Of a stretch of DNA of 64,000 bases, positions 10,072-21,070 are shown in pieces. Source of the stretch: an uncultured Chloroflexia bacterium (GTDB lineage Bacteria; Chloroflexota; Dehalococcoidia; GIF9; UBA5629); contig CAWKFY010000031.1 of the NCBI GenBank assembly GCA_963848815.1, positions 637 through 64,636 on the forward strand. The letters run 5' to 3'. The notes under the pieces were generated by a model. That model saw only the letters and a list, made by a program, of their open reading frames with translations. It made no database searches and was not told the DNA's origin. The number at the start of each line of letters is the position of its first letter. The first letter of the stretch is position 1. The translations under genes and the position numbers were made by a program.

Positions 10072-11205
10072 ATGGGAGACACAGTTAAAAATCTGGCTAT
10101 TTTAGGTTCCACCGGATCCATCGGACAGCAAACTCTGGACATCGTCCGCAATTTCCGGGAAAGCTTTAAGGTGGTCGGGTTGGCCTGCGGCAGCAACATC
10201 GACAGCTTCCTAAATCAGATAAAGGAATTCTCCCCTGTCTGTGCTTGTATCGATGGTAGTATCAAATTGCCCGTTGGGGTCCAGGCCCTATCGATGGAAG
10301 ATATGGCAAGCCACCCCGATGTTGACATAGTGGTAATTGCCACCACGGGCAAAGCCGGACTCGCTCCGGCTTTGGCCGCTATTAAAGCAAGTAAAATGTT
10401 GGCCATTGCCAATAAGGAAATCCTGGTTATGGCCGGTGAGTTGATCACAGGCATGGCCGCCAAATACGGAGCCCGTATCCTGCCTGTAGACAGCGAGCAC
10501 AGCGCAATATGGCAATGTCTGCAGGGAGAAAGCTCTGACGTATCCCGGTTACTTCTGACCGCTTCCGGCGGCCCCTTCTTCGGCTTTTCACAGTCCAAGT
10601 TATCGAGGGTTACTGCAAAAGAAGCACTGAACCATCCTACCTGGAAAATGGGGGAAAAGGTTACTATCGATTCGGCCACACTTTTCAACAAGGGGTTGGA
10701 AGCCATCGAGGCCCGATGGCTATTCAATATACCTTACGATAAAATTGAGATAATTATTCACCGGCAGAGCATAGTTCATTCCATGATCGAATTTGCCGAC
10801 GGCTCGATCAAAGCCCAGTTGAGCACCCCCGATATGCATCTACCGATCCAATATGCTCTTTTTTATCCCCTTAGGATAAAAAACGATAACATAACACGTA
10901 TCAGTTTCTCCGACATGCAGACATTGACGTTTGAACCCGTAAACTATGATGCTTTCCCCTGTTTGAAACTGGCCCTTGAAGCCGCGAAAAAGGGCGGTTC
11001 CTACCCCGCCGTATTATGTGCGGCCGATGAAATCGCGGTAGACATGTTCTTGAATAACTCCGTCGGGTTCCCGGATATCGCCAACATCATTGAAAAGATT
11101 TTAATAATGCACCAGCCTGTTTCTAATCCCGGTATAGAGGATATACTTATATCCGACGCCTGGGCCCGTGAAACGGCCCGCAAAGTCGCAAGGAAGGAAA
11201 TTTAA
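10072..11205 (+). CDS. dxr: 1-deoxy-D-xylulose 5-phosphate reductoisomerase
   Basis: 377 aa. Motifs ILGSTGSIGQQTLD, LPVDSEHSAIWQCL and NKGLEAIEA are present. Confidence 0.93.
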   Translation: MGDTVKNLAILGSTGSIGQQTLDIVRNFRESFKVVGLACGSNIDSFLNQIKEFSPVCACIDGSIKLPVGVQALSMEDMASHPDVDIVVIATTGKAGLAPALAAIKASKMLAIANKEILVMAGELITGMAAKYGARILPVDSEHSAIWQCLQGESSDVSRLLLTASGGPFFGFSQSKLSRVTAKEALNHPTWKMGEKVTIDSATLFNKGLEAIEARWLFNIPYDKIEIIIHRQSIVHSMIEFADGSIKAQLSTPDMHLPIQYALFYPLRIKNDNITRISFSDMQTLTFEPVNYDAFPCLKLALEAAKKGGSYPAVLCAADEIAVDMFLNNSVGFPDIANIIEKILIMHQPVSNPGIEDILISDAWARETARKVARKEI

Positions 11206-12263
11206 TGCTAGTGACCATATTAGTCTTTCTGGCGTTGCTTATAGTCCTGGTCATTACACATGAACTGGGACATTTCACGGCCGCCAAGATTTGCAAGGTC
11301 AAGGTCGAGGAGTTCGGGATAGGGTTCCCGCCCAGGATATTCGGCATAAAACACGGCGATACTACTTACTCGATCAACGCCATTCCGCTCGGAGGCTTCA
11401 CCAAGCTATTGGGAGAAGAGGACCCAACGATGCCGGGCAGCCTGGCCAGCAAAAGCATTCCGGCCAGGATCTTCGTTCTCAGCGCCGGCTCTATTTTAAA
11501 TATATTACTGCCCATACTTCTTTTTTCCCTAAGCTTTATGATCCCTCACGATATGACGTTGGAAAACGTCGTGATAAAAGATGTCGCGGCCGGTTCTCCT
11601 GCTCAAACCGCCGGTATAGAAACCGGGGACCGCATTCTCGAGATAAACGGTCAAACTGTAAATAACCGTGCAGATGTCAGCTATATGCTGCAACTTAACC
11701 TCGGCACTGCCACCATCGTGCTTATCCAGAAGCAGGATGCGAGCGAAAAGCCCATAACGGTTGTCCCGCGCTGGAACCCTCCCCAGGGGCAGGGCGCAAC
11801 CGGCGTTACGCTTGGTTCTGAGAATTCTACGACGGTGACGAAATCTTCGCCGTTCTGGCAGGCCATCCCCGACGGCTTCACCCATAGCTGGGAGATACTT
11901 GTACTCTTCCGCAATGAAGTTGCAGGGTGGTTTATCAAGGGAACAGCTCCACAACTGGCTGGCCCCATAGCTATAGCGCAGCTCACAGGTGAGGTAGTAA
12001 AAGCCGGTATCAGCCCGCTTCTGGAATTCGCCGCGCTTATCAGCATTAACCTGGGTATTTTCAATCTATTCCCATTCCCCGGCCTGGATGGAGGCCGCCT
12101 CATCTTCGTGCTGCTGGAGTGGGTCAGGCGAGGTAAGCGGATCTCTCCCCAAAAGGAGGGCATGGTGCACCTGATAGGATTCTTTGCACTTATTCTGTTG
12201 ATCCTGGTAATCAGCTATTTCGACGTGACAAGAATTATCCATGGAGCAAGCCTGATACCTTGA
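11205..12263 (+). CDS. rseP: RIP (site-2) zinc metalloprotease, M50 family with PDZ domain
   Basis: 352 aa. The HELGH zinc motif is near the N-terminus, an internal PDZ-like segment reads GSPAQTAGIETGDRILEING, and NLFPFPGLDGG is C-terminal. It sits in the conserved dxr-rseP-ispG context. Confidence 0.85.
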   Translation: MLVTILVFLALLIVLVITHELGHFTAAKICKVKVEEFGIGFPPRIFGIKHGDTTYSINAIPLGGFTKLLGEEDPTMPGSLASKSIPARIFVLSAGSILNILLPILLFSLSFMIPHDMTLENVVIKDVAAGSPAQTAGIETGDRILEINGQTVNNRADVSYMLQLNLGTATIVLIQKQDASEKPITVVPRWNPPQGQGATGVTLGSENSTTVTKSSPFWQAIPDGFTHSWEILVLFRNEVAGWFIKGTAPQLAGPIAIAQLTGEVVKAGISPLLEFAALISINLGIFNLFPFPGLDGGRLIFVLLEWVRRGKRISPQKEGMVHLIGFFALILLILVISYFDVTRIIHGASLIP

Positions 12264-13306
12264 AAAAGCGCCGCATTTCGCGCCCTATCAACATTGGCAA
12301 CGTGCAAGTTGGCGGCAGCGCACCCATCATAGTCCAATCCATGACCAAGACCGATACTCGCGATGTCCGCGCCACCGTAGACCAGATAAAGGAGCTGCAG
12401 GACTGCGGCTGCGAAATAATCAGGGTAGCGGTGCCCGACCAACAGGCGGCCGAAGCCATTTCCTCCATCAAAAAGCGTATATCCATACCTCTTATAGCCG
12501 ACATTCATTTCGATTATCGGCTGGCACTGGCCGCTATTAAAAGCGGGGCCGACGGCCTCAGGTTAAACCCCGGCAACATCCGCAACACCGATCATATAAA
12601 GAAAGTTGTAACTGCCGCCAAGGCCAGGGCTGTGCCGATCCGGATCGGCGTGAATTTCGGCAGCCTTCCTCAGGAAAAAAAGGCGAAGAACTCCACTGCA
12701 AGCTACATGGTTGATCTCGCCATGCAGCAGGTCAAGCTACTGGAAAGCCTGGACTTCAACCTGATCAAAATAGCGCTCAAAGCCTTTGATGTGCCCACCA
12801 CCATTGCCGTCTATCGAAGCATTGCACGTAAAACACCCTATCCCCTGCACCTGGGAATCACCGAAGCCGGACTACCACCGGCCGGGGTCATCAGGAGCTC
12901 GGTGGGCATTGGTATCCTGCTTTACGAGGGACTTGGAGATACAATCAGGGTGTCGCTCAGCTCCCATCCACGCGATGAAGTATATGCGGCTTACGAAATC
13001 CTTAAATCCCTTGACTTGCGTGAGCACGGTCCGGTGCTGGTAAGCTGCCCGTCCTGCGGGCGCAGCGAGACGGATATCCTGGGGCTGGCCCAGACGGTGA
13101 GCGAATATTTGCAGGATATCAAAAAGCCCATCAAAGTTGCTGTGATGGGTTGCATAGTGAACGGCCCCGGTGAGGCGAGGGATGCCGATGTAGGTATCGC
13201 CTGCGGCAAGGGCCGCGGCGCCATATTCAGGAAGGGAAAGGTAATAAAGACCGTGGAAGAACATCAATTCCTCCAGGCAATAATGCAAGAGATATCGAGC
13301 CTTTGA
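12260..13306 (+). CDS. ispG: 4-hydroxy-3-methylbut-2-en-1-yl diphosphate synthase
   Basis: 348 aa. Motifs PIIVQSMTKTDTRD, RINPGNI-like LRLNPGNI and the Cys triad SCPSCGR...MGCIVNGPGE are present. Confidence 0.93.
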   Translation: MKKRRISRPINIGNVQVGGSAPIIVQSMTKTDTRDVRATVDQIKELQDCGCEIIRVAVPDQQAAEAISSIKKRISIPLIADIHFDYRLALAAIKSGADGLRLNPGNIRNTDHIKKVVTAAKARAVPIRIGVNFGSLPQEKKAKNSTASYMVDLAMQQVKLLESLDFNLIKIALKAFDVPTTIAVYRSIARKTPYPLHLGITEAGLPPAGVIRSSVGIGILLYEGLGDTIRVSLSSHPRDEVYAAYEILKSLDLREHGPVLVSCPSCGRSETDILGLAQTVSEYLQDIKKPIKVAVMGCIVNGPGEARDADVGIACGKGRGAIFRKGKVIKTVEEHQFLQAIMQEISSL

Positions 13307-13406
13307 TCAGCCCGCTTGCTTTCACTGTCATCGAGCGGCCCGCCAGCTTTTAAATTCACTGCGAATATTCTAAAATACGCCGATAACTATTCGAAGGGGT
13401 TGCAAC

Positions 13407-15128
13407 ATGCGATTCTCCAAATTGTTGGGCAGGACTCTTAAGGAAGCGCCTTCTGATGCCGATTGCATCAGTCACCAGTACCTGGTGCGTTCTGGCATGA
13501 TCCAGCAGGTGGCAACCGGCGTTTACTCTTTTATGCCCATGGGCTGGAGGGTATTCCGCAAGATAGAAAGTATCATTCGTGAAGAGATGGATAGGGCTGG
13601 CGGTCAGGAGCTGATGATGCCGTCGCTCCAGCCGCTGGAGCTATGGGAAAAATCCGGCAGGCTTCCGTCATTCGATAAAACTATTTTTATCGTTACCGAC
13701 CGCAAAGACCATAAACTTGCCATGGGCCCAACCCACGAAGAGGTGATTACCGACCTGGTACGGCGTGCCGTACAGAGCTATCGCGACTTGCCGCAGTTGC
13801 CATATCAAATTCAGAATAAATTCCGCGACGAGCCCAGGCCCAGGGGCGGTTTGCTACGTGTACGCGAGTTCTTCATGAAGGACCTTTACAGCTTCGATGT
13901 AGATGAAGCCGGCCTGGATGTAAGCTACCAAAAAATGATTCAGGCCTATAAGAACCTTTACTCGCGTTGCGGTCTGCCGGCCGTTATGGTCGAGGCCGAC
14001 AGCGGAGCAATCGGCGGCAAGGATTCACACGAGTTCATGCTCATCACGGAAAGCGGCGAGGATGAGATTATATTCTGCACCAGGTGTGATTACGCCGCCA
14101 ATAGCGAAAAAGCCACCAGCGTTAAAAAGGCCAACAAGCCGGGCGAATTGCTCAAAGTGGAGGAGGTTTCCACACCGGGACTGAAGACCATCGAAGAAGT
14201 CGCCGGTTTTCTTAAAGTAAAGCCCGATCAGACCCTAAAATCTGTGTTTTACGTAGCCGACGGAGAAATGGTCTTCGTAGTCATAAGGGGTGACCTCGAG
14301 GTAAACGAAATCAAGCTTAAGAACGCCCTGAAATGCAACGACCTGCATATGGCTACCGAAGCCGAAACTACTGCGGCTGGGCTGGTAGCCGGATATGCAT
14401 CGGCCATCGACCTCAAAGGCGTCCGAATTATAGCCGATGATTCAATCACTCTGGGCAGCAACTTTGTTGCCGGTGCCAATAAGCCCGACGCCCATTTGAA
14501 AAACGTTAACTATCCGCGCGATTTCAAAGTGGAAATGATTATCGATATAGCCAAAGCGCGGGCGGGAGACCCCTGCCCCAGGTGCCAGGGCGAGCTAAAG
14601 GCAGAGCGCGGAATAGAAGTAGGGCATATCTTCAAGCTGGGCACATTTCTCAGTGAGCGTCTGGGCGCATACTATCTGGACAAGGACGGATCTAACAAGC
14701 CTATAGTCATGGGCTGCTACGGCATCGGGCTGGGCAGGATGCTGGCCGCGGCGGTGGAGCAAAACCATGATGAAAAAGGCATAATCTGGCCCCTCCCCAT
14801 CGCCCCCTACCAGATATACCTGTGCCCTATCAAGGCCGAGGACCCCAAGGTCATGCAGACAGCCGAAAAATTATATGGCGACCTCACCGATGCCCGTATA
14901 GAGGTGCTATTCGACGACCGGCAGGAATCGCCGGGCGTAAAATTTAACGATGCAGACCTGATAGGGATCCCTCTCCGGGTAGTAATCAGCCCACGCACGC
15001 TTCAAAGTAATAGCGTTGAAGTAAAGTGGCGCAAGGATAAGCAGTCTCAGATGATGCCCCTGGAAGGGTTGGCCGGCGGCCTGCAAACCATGCTGCAATC
15101 AAATAATCCGGTAATTAGTTTTGCTTAG
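13407..15128 (+). CDS. proS: prolyl-tRNA synthetase (bacterial type with insertion/editing domain)
   Basis: 573 aa. Class II motifs are present (QIQNKFRDEPRPRGGLLRVREF and GCYGIGLGR). Confidence 0.93.
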   Translation: MRFSKLLGRTLKEAPSDADCISHQYLVRSGMIQQVATGVYSFMPMGWRVFRKIESIIREEMDRAGGQELMMPSLQPLELWEKSGRLPSFDKTIFIVTDRKDHKLAMGPTHEEVITDLVRRAVQSYRDLPQLPYQIQNKFRDEPRPRGGLLRVREFFMKDLYSFDVDEAGLDVSYQKMIQAYKNLYSRCGLPAVMVEADSGAIGGKDSHEFMLITESGEDEIIFCTRCDYAANSEKATSVKKANKPGELLKVEEVSTPGLKTIEEVAGFLKVKPDQTLKSVFYVADGEMVFVVIRGDLEVNEIKLKNALKCNDLHMATEAETTAAGLVAGYASAIDLKGVRIIADDSITLGSNFVAGANKPDAHLKNVNYPRDFKVEMIIDIAKARAGDPCPRCQGELKAERGIEVGHIFKLGTFLSERLGAYYLDKDGSNKPIVMGCYGIGLGRMLAAAVEQNHDEKGIIWPLPIAPYQIYLCPIKAEDPKVMQTAEKLYGDLTDARIEVLFDDRQESPGVKFNDADLIGIPLRVVISPRTLQSNSVEVKWRKDKQSQMMPLEGLAGGLQTMLQSNNPVISFA

Positions 15129-16217
15129 ACAGCGGCCTTTTTCTTATTTTTCTCTTCGTACATCCGCCTGTCCGCCCGGGCTAACAGGTCATCTATAGAA
15201 CAAGGCTTATCACTATCGTATAAAGCCACGCCTATACTCAGAGATAGTTTGTAGCCGCTGATCATCTTCTTATTAAATTTCGTAAGGTTGCGCATCATGC
15301 GTTCCAGTATGATTTCCTGGCTCTGTTCCACGGCATCGATAGCCACCAGCACGAATTCATCCCCGCCCAAGCGCGCTATTATATCCGATTTACGTGAACT
15401 TTCAGTCAGGAATCTGGCGGTAGCAGCTAGGGCATTATCCCCTTCTTCATGCCCCAGGGTATCATTAATCCACTTCATACCGTCAATGTCTATATAAAAC
15501 AGGTACGTCTTACCCTTCAAACGGGGCGCCAGCTTCATCTGCTGCTCTATTAATATAAAGAAGCCCCGCCTGTTTAAGAGCCCGGTGAGTGCGTCGTGGA
15601 TCGCTATATTTTGTAATTCGACGACCTGTTTTGATAAAAGTTCTTCGGCATCCTTCAATCTTGCCAGTGCCGCGTCGAGTTCCCGGCTTTTATGAACTGC
15701 CGTCTCGAACGTGGATAACAGCAGATCCAGCGTCTGGTGATGGTCAAAGCTAATCCTGTGCTTCTGGCCGCCGAAGTAAACCTCAGTGGTCTTGGCCGAA
15801 AGGGGATTCTGGCGTATATCCAGGTTTATCAAAATATGCTTGATACGGGATATTAGAACACCATCATCGTAGGGCTTGGCTATGAAGTGGTCTGCCCCTG
15901 ATTTTAGTCCCTGTATAACATCGATGGGATCAGATAGAGGGGTCAGGGCGATAAAGGGGATGTCCCTAAGGCTGATACGCCTCTTTACATACTGGCAAAG
16001 CTGCCAGCCGTCCATCTCAGACATGATTATATCGCTGACAATGATGGAAGGCTTACGTTTTTTCAGGTACTCTACGGCCTGTCTGCCATTTTCCACCGTA
16101 GCAGCCATGAAGCCGTGGTCTTCCAGCAGGTGTTTGAGCTTTTCGGAGTGTTCATGGCTATCTATAACGATCAGGGATCTCGTCTTTGTTTACGTGATCC
16201 TGATTTTTATCATTCAT
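15125..16217 (-). pseudogene. response regulator receiver + GGDEF diguanylate cyclase; frame break near the 5' end
   Basis: The intact ORF 15125-16108 carries the receiver (SDIIMSEMDGW) and the motif RLGGDEFVLV. An SD-preceded ATG at 16217 (MNDKNQDHVNKDE...) is in another frame. The receiver start (SLIVIDSHEHSEKLKHLLEDHGF) continues upstream of M16108 without an ATG, so a 1-nt frame change lies at about 16,16x-16,18x. Confidence 0.8.
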
Positions 16218-16359
16218 CGTGTTACTCCCGTAATTAGCTTTCCATGGGTCATCTAGAGCCGGTATCGGAAGGCATTTTCCATGAACGTCCTCGCTTTGTC
16301 AAGGTTCACGGACGTGTTTAAAGGCGGATTGGGACTAAAGTACGGGATGACTGGACCTG

Positions 16360-18760
16360 CTAGGAGCGCAGCTTGGCGCCCAATTCTCCGGACAGCTTTT
16401 TCAGGATATGCTTTTGTACCCCGTCTACCTCTTCATCTTTCAGGGTGTGATCGGCCGCCAGATAGGTAAGCCTGAAAGCCCTGGATTTCTTCCCCGCCGG
16501 TATTTGCTCGCCAGCGTACAAATCGAACAGCTTGACCTCAGAGATCAGGCTGAAATTCTTTATAATATTGACTATTTTTTCGTAAGTCACATCGCTGTCT
16601 ACGATTAAAGCTATGTCCCGCGTGATGCCGGGATATTTCGACGCCGCCCGGTAAACAAGTTTTTTCGTTGCCCGCGGCAGCAGTTTATCCAGGTATAGCT
16701 CGAAAATGAATGCCGCCTCGGAGATCTCGAAGTTTCGCCGTACTCTTGGATGGACCTCGCCGATAACCCCCAGCTTGGTTTTATCATCCATGATGTCGGC
16801 CGTGGCGGCCGGGCTTAACGTTCCATCTTCGCCCGGGACGAATTCAGGCTGGATTCCAAACCGGGCCAGCACAGCTTCCACAATCCCCTTTACGAAATAG
16901 AAATCCACGGCCTTGGGCCTTGGCTGCCAGTACATATCGGGCACGACGCTGTCCACCAAGGCGCACAATACCTCATTTTCCCGCGGCAGGTCCTTTTTAC
17001 GCGGCAGGAAAACCTTGCCTATCTCAAACAGCCTGATGTTATTCTCACGGCTGCGCTGGTTGCGCGCCTCCACTGAGAGGACACCCATGCGCAAGCTTGT
17101 GCGTAGATATTCGAGCTCATGGCTCATCGGGTTGGCGATCTTAAGAGGCTCCGGGCCCATCAAATCGGATTGAGAAGACAGCTTCTTTAAAGTTTCGATA
17201 TTGGTGAGAGGATAGGTTATTATCTCCTGAAACCCACAGGCCACCATCGTATCACGCAGCTCCTGTCTGAAGGTTATGACGGGCAGGCTCTCGCCCGACG
17301 GCAGCGACGAACTGAGCATGGAGGTCGGGATATTATCATATCCGGTGACCCTGGCGACTTCCTCTACCAGGTCGGCGGTATTGTTGATATCATTTCTCCA
17401 CCACGGCCGTTCGACGAGGATTGAGCCGGACTCCGTTTTGCAGTCCAGTCCCAGGGCTTCCAGACAGCTCCGGATGCCTTCCAATTTCATATCGATGCCC
17501 AGTAGACGTTTAACATCATGCGGCGTTACCGGAACAGGCGGACGATCCAATTTCCCCGGATAAACGTCTATCATGCCCCTGGCCACAGACCCACCGCCTA
17601 ACTGAGCAATCAACTGAGTGGCCCTCTTCAGAGCCATCGGCGCTAATCCCGGGTTAAGCCCCTTTTCAAACCTGGACGATGCCTCGCTGGGAAGCTTCAA
17701 GGCTAAGGCCCCTCTGTGTATGGTAGCCTGGCTGAAATTGGCCGATTCCAGCAAGATCGAAGAAGTAAAATCCCGGACCTCCGAGCTCAGCCCGCCCATA
17801 ATCCCTGCTACGGCAACCGCACGCTCGGCATCGGTGATCAGCAATATATCGCTGGAATACTTGCGTTCAACTTCGTCCAGCGTATACATCACTTCGCCTT
17901 CGCCCGCACGCCTCACGATAATCTTCTGTCCTTTTATCTCTTTATAGTCGAATGAGTGCAGAGGCTGGCCGAATTCCAGCATCACGTAGTTGGTCACATC
18001 TACAATGTTGTTGATGGGGCGCATACCGCAGGCCGTCAAACGGTCCTGCATCCAGCGGGGAGACGGTCCGATCTTTATGCCGTCGATTACCGTAGCACAG
18101 TACCTGGGACACAGGTCGGGAGCCTTGATCTCCACTGACGCATACGACTCCACCGTCTTGCCTGATTCCGGATAAGAAAGGTCGGGCATGCGGAATTTGC
18201 TTCCCGTGATTGCGGCAACCTCGCGTGCTACGCCCATGATGGAGAGGCAGTCGGCGCGGTTAGGAGTAATATCGATATCGAAAACAGCATCTCCCAGATA
18301 ATCTGAAAGCGGCCTCCCCGGCTCATATTCGGGCGGTAATACCAGGATGCCTTCATGGTTCTCGGATATACCGAGCTCTTTCTCGGAGCAAATCATGCCC
18401 TCGGAGACCACGCCCCGGATCTTGGCAGGCTTCAACTCTTCCATGTTACCGGTATGGCCGTCGATCAGCCGGGCGCCCAGCAGGGCAAAGGCAATTTTAT
18501 CGCCGACCACCAGGTTGGGCGCTCCGCAGACCACGGTCTTTTCCCCGCTTCCAAGATCTACCGTGGCCAGCCTGAGACGGTCGGCATTGGGGTGTGGGTT
18601 TATCGCCAGTATCTTGCCGACGATGACGTTGTCCCAGCTTCCTCCTATCACCTGGATATCGGAAACCTCAAGGCCGGCCAGCGTCAGCTTATCGGCCAAC
18701 TCCCTATTAGGGATATCTGACATCAACATAATCTTTAAGCCAGCTAAGAGGTACTTTCAT
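16360..18760 (-). pseudogene. pheT: phenylalanyl-tRNA synthetase beta subunit; frame break in the first ~15 codons
   Basis: The 789-aa ORF 16360-18729 is canonical PheT. However, the expected N-terminus [14 protein letters not shown] starts at ATG 18760 in a different frame and hits a stop after 17 codons. Confidence 0.9.
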
Positions 18761-18772
18761 CGATTGCCTTAA

Positions 18773-19810
18773 TCAAAATTGCTTTAAGAAACGCAGGTCG
18801 TTAGCATAGAACAACCTGATATCGTCAATGCCGTATCTAAGTATGGGGATGCGCTCCACACCCATACCGAAGGCAAACCCGGAATACTCGTCGGGATCGA
18901 TGCCGCATCCGCGCAACACATCGGGATGGATCATACCGGCTCCCAGTATCTCTATCCAGCCGGTATTTCCGCACAGCCGGCACCCTTTGCCGCCGCACAT
19001 GAAGCAGTCGACAGCTATTTCGACTCCGGGCTCCACAAAGGGGAAATAATCACATCGAAAACGGCACTTCCTATCCTGTCCGAAAAGACGCCGGGCAAAT
19101 TCGAAGAGAGTGCCTTTCAAATCGGCCATAGTAATATTCCTATCTACGGCGAACCCCTCCACCTGCGAAAACATCCACTCATGCGTGGCATCGGTGGCCT
19201 CATACCTGTATACCCTGCCGGGAGCAATCACACGCACGGGAGGTTTGATCTTTTCCATGGTGCGTATCTGGACGGGCGAAGTATGGGTGCGCATGAGCAT
19301 CGGCCTGGCGCCGGTCTCAGTCTGGTAGTCGACCCACAGTGTAGCAAAGCCGTCCCGGGCAGGATGCTCGGCCGGCATATTCAACGCTTCGAAATTGTAA
19401 TATTCCCACTCGACCTCAGGGCCCTCAACTATCTGAAAGCCCATGCTCACAAAGATATCGCAGATCTCTTTGATGGTCCTGGTAGTAGGATGGAGCCGTC
19501 CCAGTTGATAAGGCTCGCCCGGAAGGCTGACATCGATTTTAGCGCGTTCGAGGATTTGATGTGATGAATTCTGAATCTGCTCTTTGCGTTCCGTACACAG
19601 GCTCTCAAGGCTGGTTCTAACCTGGTTGGCCCTTGCTCCGAGAGCCCGCCTCTCATCGATCGGCACGTCTCCCAAAGACCGGAGTATATTTATCAGTTTG
19701 CTTTTGCGGCCAAGGTAGCGGACGCGCCACAGCTCCAACTCTTCGAGGCTGGCTATTTTTTGAAGTTCTGAGTTAGCTTGCGAGGCGAGTTCTTCAACTT
19801 GGTCCAACAT
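18773..19810 (-). CDS. pheS: phenylalanyl-tRNA synthetase alpha subunit
   Basis: 345 aa. Motifs HPARDGFATLW, FRCDYFPFVEPG and GFAFGMGVERI are present. Confidence 0.94.
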   Translation of the reverse strand: MLDQVEELASQANSELQKIASLEELELWRVRYLGRKSKLINILRSLGDVPIDERRALGARANQVRTSLESLCTERKEQIQNSSHQILERAKIDVSLPGEPYQLGRLHPTTRTIKEICDIFVSMGFQIVEGPEVEWEYYNFEALNMPAEHPARDGFATLWVDYQTETGARPMLMRTHTSPVQIRTMEKIKPPVRVIAPGRVYRYEATDATHEWMFSQVEGFAVDRNITMADLKGTLFEFARRLFGQDRKCRFRCDYFPFVEPGVEIAVDCFMCGGKGCRLCGNTGWIEILGAGMIHPDVLRGCGIDPDEYSGFAFGMGVERIPILRYGIDDIRLFYANDLRFLKQF

Positions 19811-19828
19811 CGCAGGTTTTAAAGGATT

Positions 19829-20188
19829 CTAGCTCTTTAGCTTTTCAGCCACAGTCTTAACCAGCACGGAAAACTTGGCGGGGTCATTGACGGCGACATC
19901 GGCGAGCAGCTTGCGGTTAATATCTATATTTGCCTTGGAGAGGCCGTTAATAAACTGGCTATAGGTCAAGCCGTCGGCACGCGTGGCGGCGCTGATCCTG
20001 GCAATCCATAACCTGCGCATATCTCCTTTGCGCTCCCTGCGGTGCTCATAGGCATAATCGAGAGCATGCAGCATGGACTCATGCGCATTCTTAATGAGTG
20101 TATGCCGGCTTCCTCTGTGTCCTTTAGTTAGTTCAAGTATTTTCTTATGACGTCTGCGGCTAACAAATCCGCCTTTAACTCTGGGCAA
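19829..20188 (-). CDS. rplT: 50S ribosomal protein L20
   Basis: [23 protein letters not shown]... is canonical L20. Confidence 0.95.
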   Translation of the reverse strand: MPRVKGGFVSRRRHKKILELTKGHRGSRHTLIKNAHESMLHALDYAYEHRRERKGDMRRLWIARISAATRADGLTYSQFINGLSKANIDINRKLLADVAVNDPAKFSVLVKTVAEKLKS

Positions 20189-20206
20189 TTAAGTCCTCCT
20201 GAATAC

Positions 20207-20404
20207 CTATTGGTAAGGTAATACTCTTTTAATACGTTTCACGTCGGCCTTATGCAGGGGAATTGTCTCATCGAAGAGGCCCTTGGTCCTCGACGATTTA
20301 TTGCGCCTGAAATGGCTCTTGCCCTGCTTGACCCGCATAATCTTGCCGGTCCCCGTGAAATGGAAGCGCTTTTTCGCTCCCTTATGTGTCTTCAATTTAG
20401 GCAT
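20207..20404 (-). CDS. rpmI: 50S ribosomal protein L35
   Basis: [24 protein letters not shown]... is canonical L35. Confidence 0.95.
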   Translation of the reverse strand: MPKLKTHKGAKKRFHFTGTGKIMRVKQGKSHFRRNKSSRTKGLFDETIPLHKADVKRIKRVLPYQ

Positions 20405-20998
20405 TTATACTGTTTCCTTGACCTTTATTTCTTTTACTTCTTTATTCTCTTTTACTTCGCCGGGAGTCTCTTTAGCCTGCACCTGTTTGGCGGAAATCGG
20501 CGAAAGTATCAAGCTCATTATTCTTCCTTCGTGGATCGGCTGCCCGTCCAGTTGGGCCTTGCCTTTCAGGCTGGCGGCTACCTTTTGCAGGAGTTTGACC
20601 CCCAGCTCGGGATGCACCATCTGCCTTCCGCGAAATACTACTAGTACCTTTACTTTGTCTCCGTCTTCCAAAAATTTCCTGGCTCGAGTAACTTTTATGT
20701 CAAGGTCATGGTCTTTAACCTGCGGCCTTATTCTTATCTCTTTCAGCAGGCCGGACTTCTGACCACTGCGTACCTTTTTTTCCTTTTTTATCTGTTCGTA
20801 CCGGTATTTTCCGTAGTCCAAAATCCTGCACACGGGCGGCGTTGCTGTCGCTGCAACTTCAACCAGGTCCAGTCCCCTTTCATTCGCCATCTGAAGCGCT
20901 TTCTCGATAGGGACCACCCCCACCTGTTCTCCCGCATCGCCTATCAATCTGACTTCTTTCGCCCGAATGCGATTATTGATATTCAGTTCTTTAAATAT
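20405..20998 (-). CDS. infC: translation initiation factor IF-3, probably initiating at a non-AUG (AUA) codon
   Basis: The track ORF starts at an internal M (MIGDAGEQVGV). The conserved upstream residues IFKELNINNRIRAKEVRL are in frame back to ATA at 20996-20998. That codon is 9-10 nt downstream of GGAGG and follows an in-frame TGA. Confidence 0.85.
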   Translation of the reverse strand: MFKELNINNRIRAKEVRLIGDAGEQVGVVPIEKALQMANERGLDLVEVAATATPPVCRILDYGKYRYEQIKKEKKVRSGQKSGLLKEIRIRPQVKDHDLDIKVTRARKFLEDGDKVKVLVVFRGRQMVHPELGVKLLQKVAASLKGKAQLDGQPIHEGRIMSLILSPISAKQVQAKETPGEVKENKEVKEIKVKETV

Positions 20999-21070
20999 GT
21001 TCTTTCAATCCTCCTTTTAAGTATCATTAAAACCGACGAACTAGAATATATCACATTTTATAGCTGTAAA

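Noticed and set aside
13307-13406. T-box or other riboswitch leaders upstream of proS, pheS and thrS
   Set aside because: The leaders are about 100 nt, about 20 nt and about 160 nt respectively. No specifier-loop or T-box (AGGGUGGNACCGCG-like) sequence is visible.
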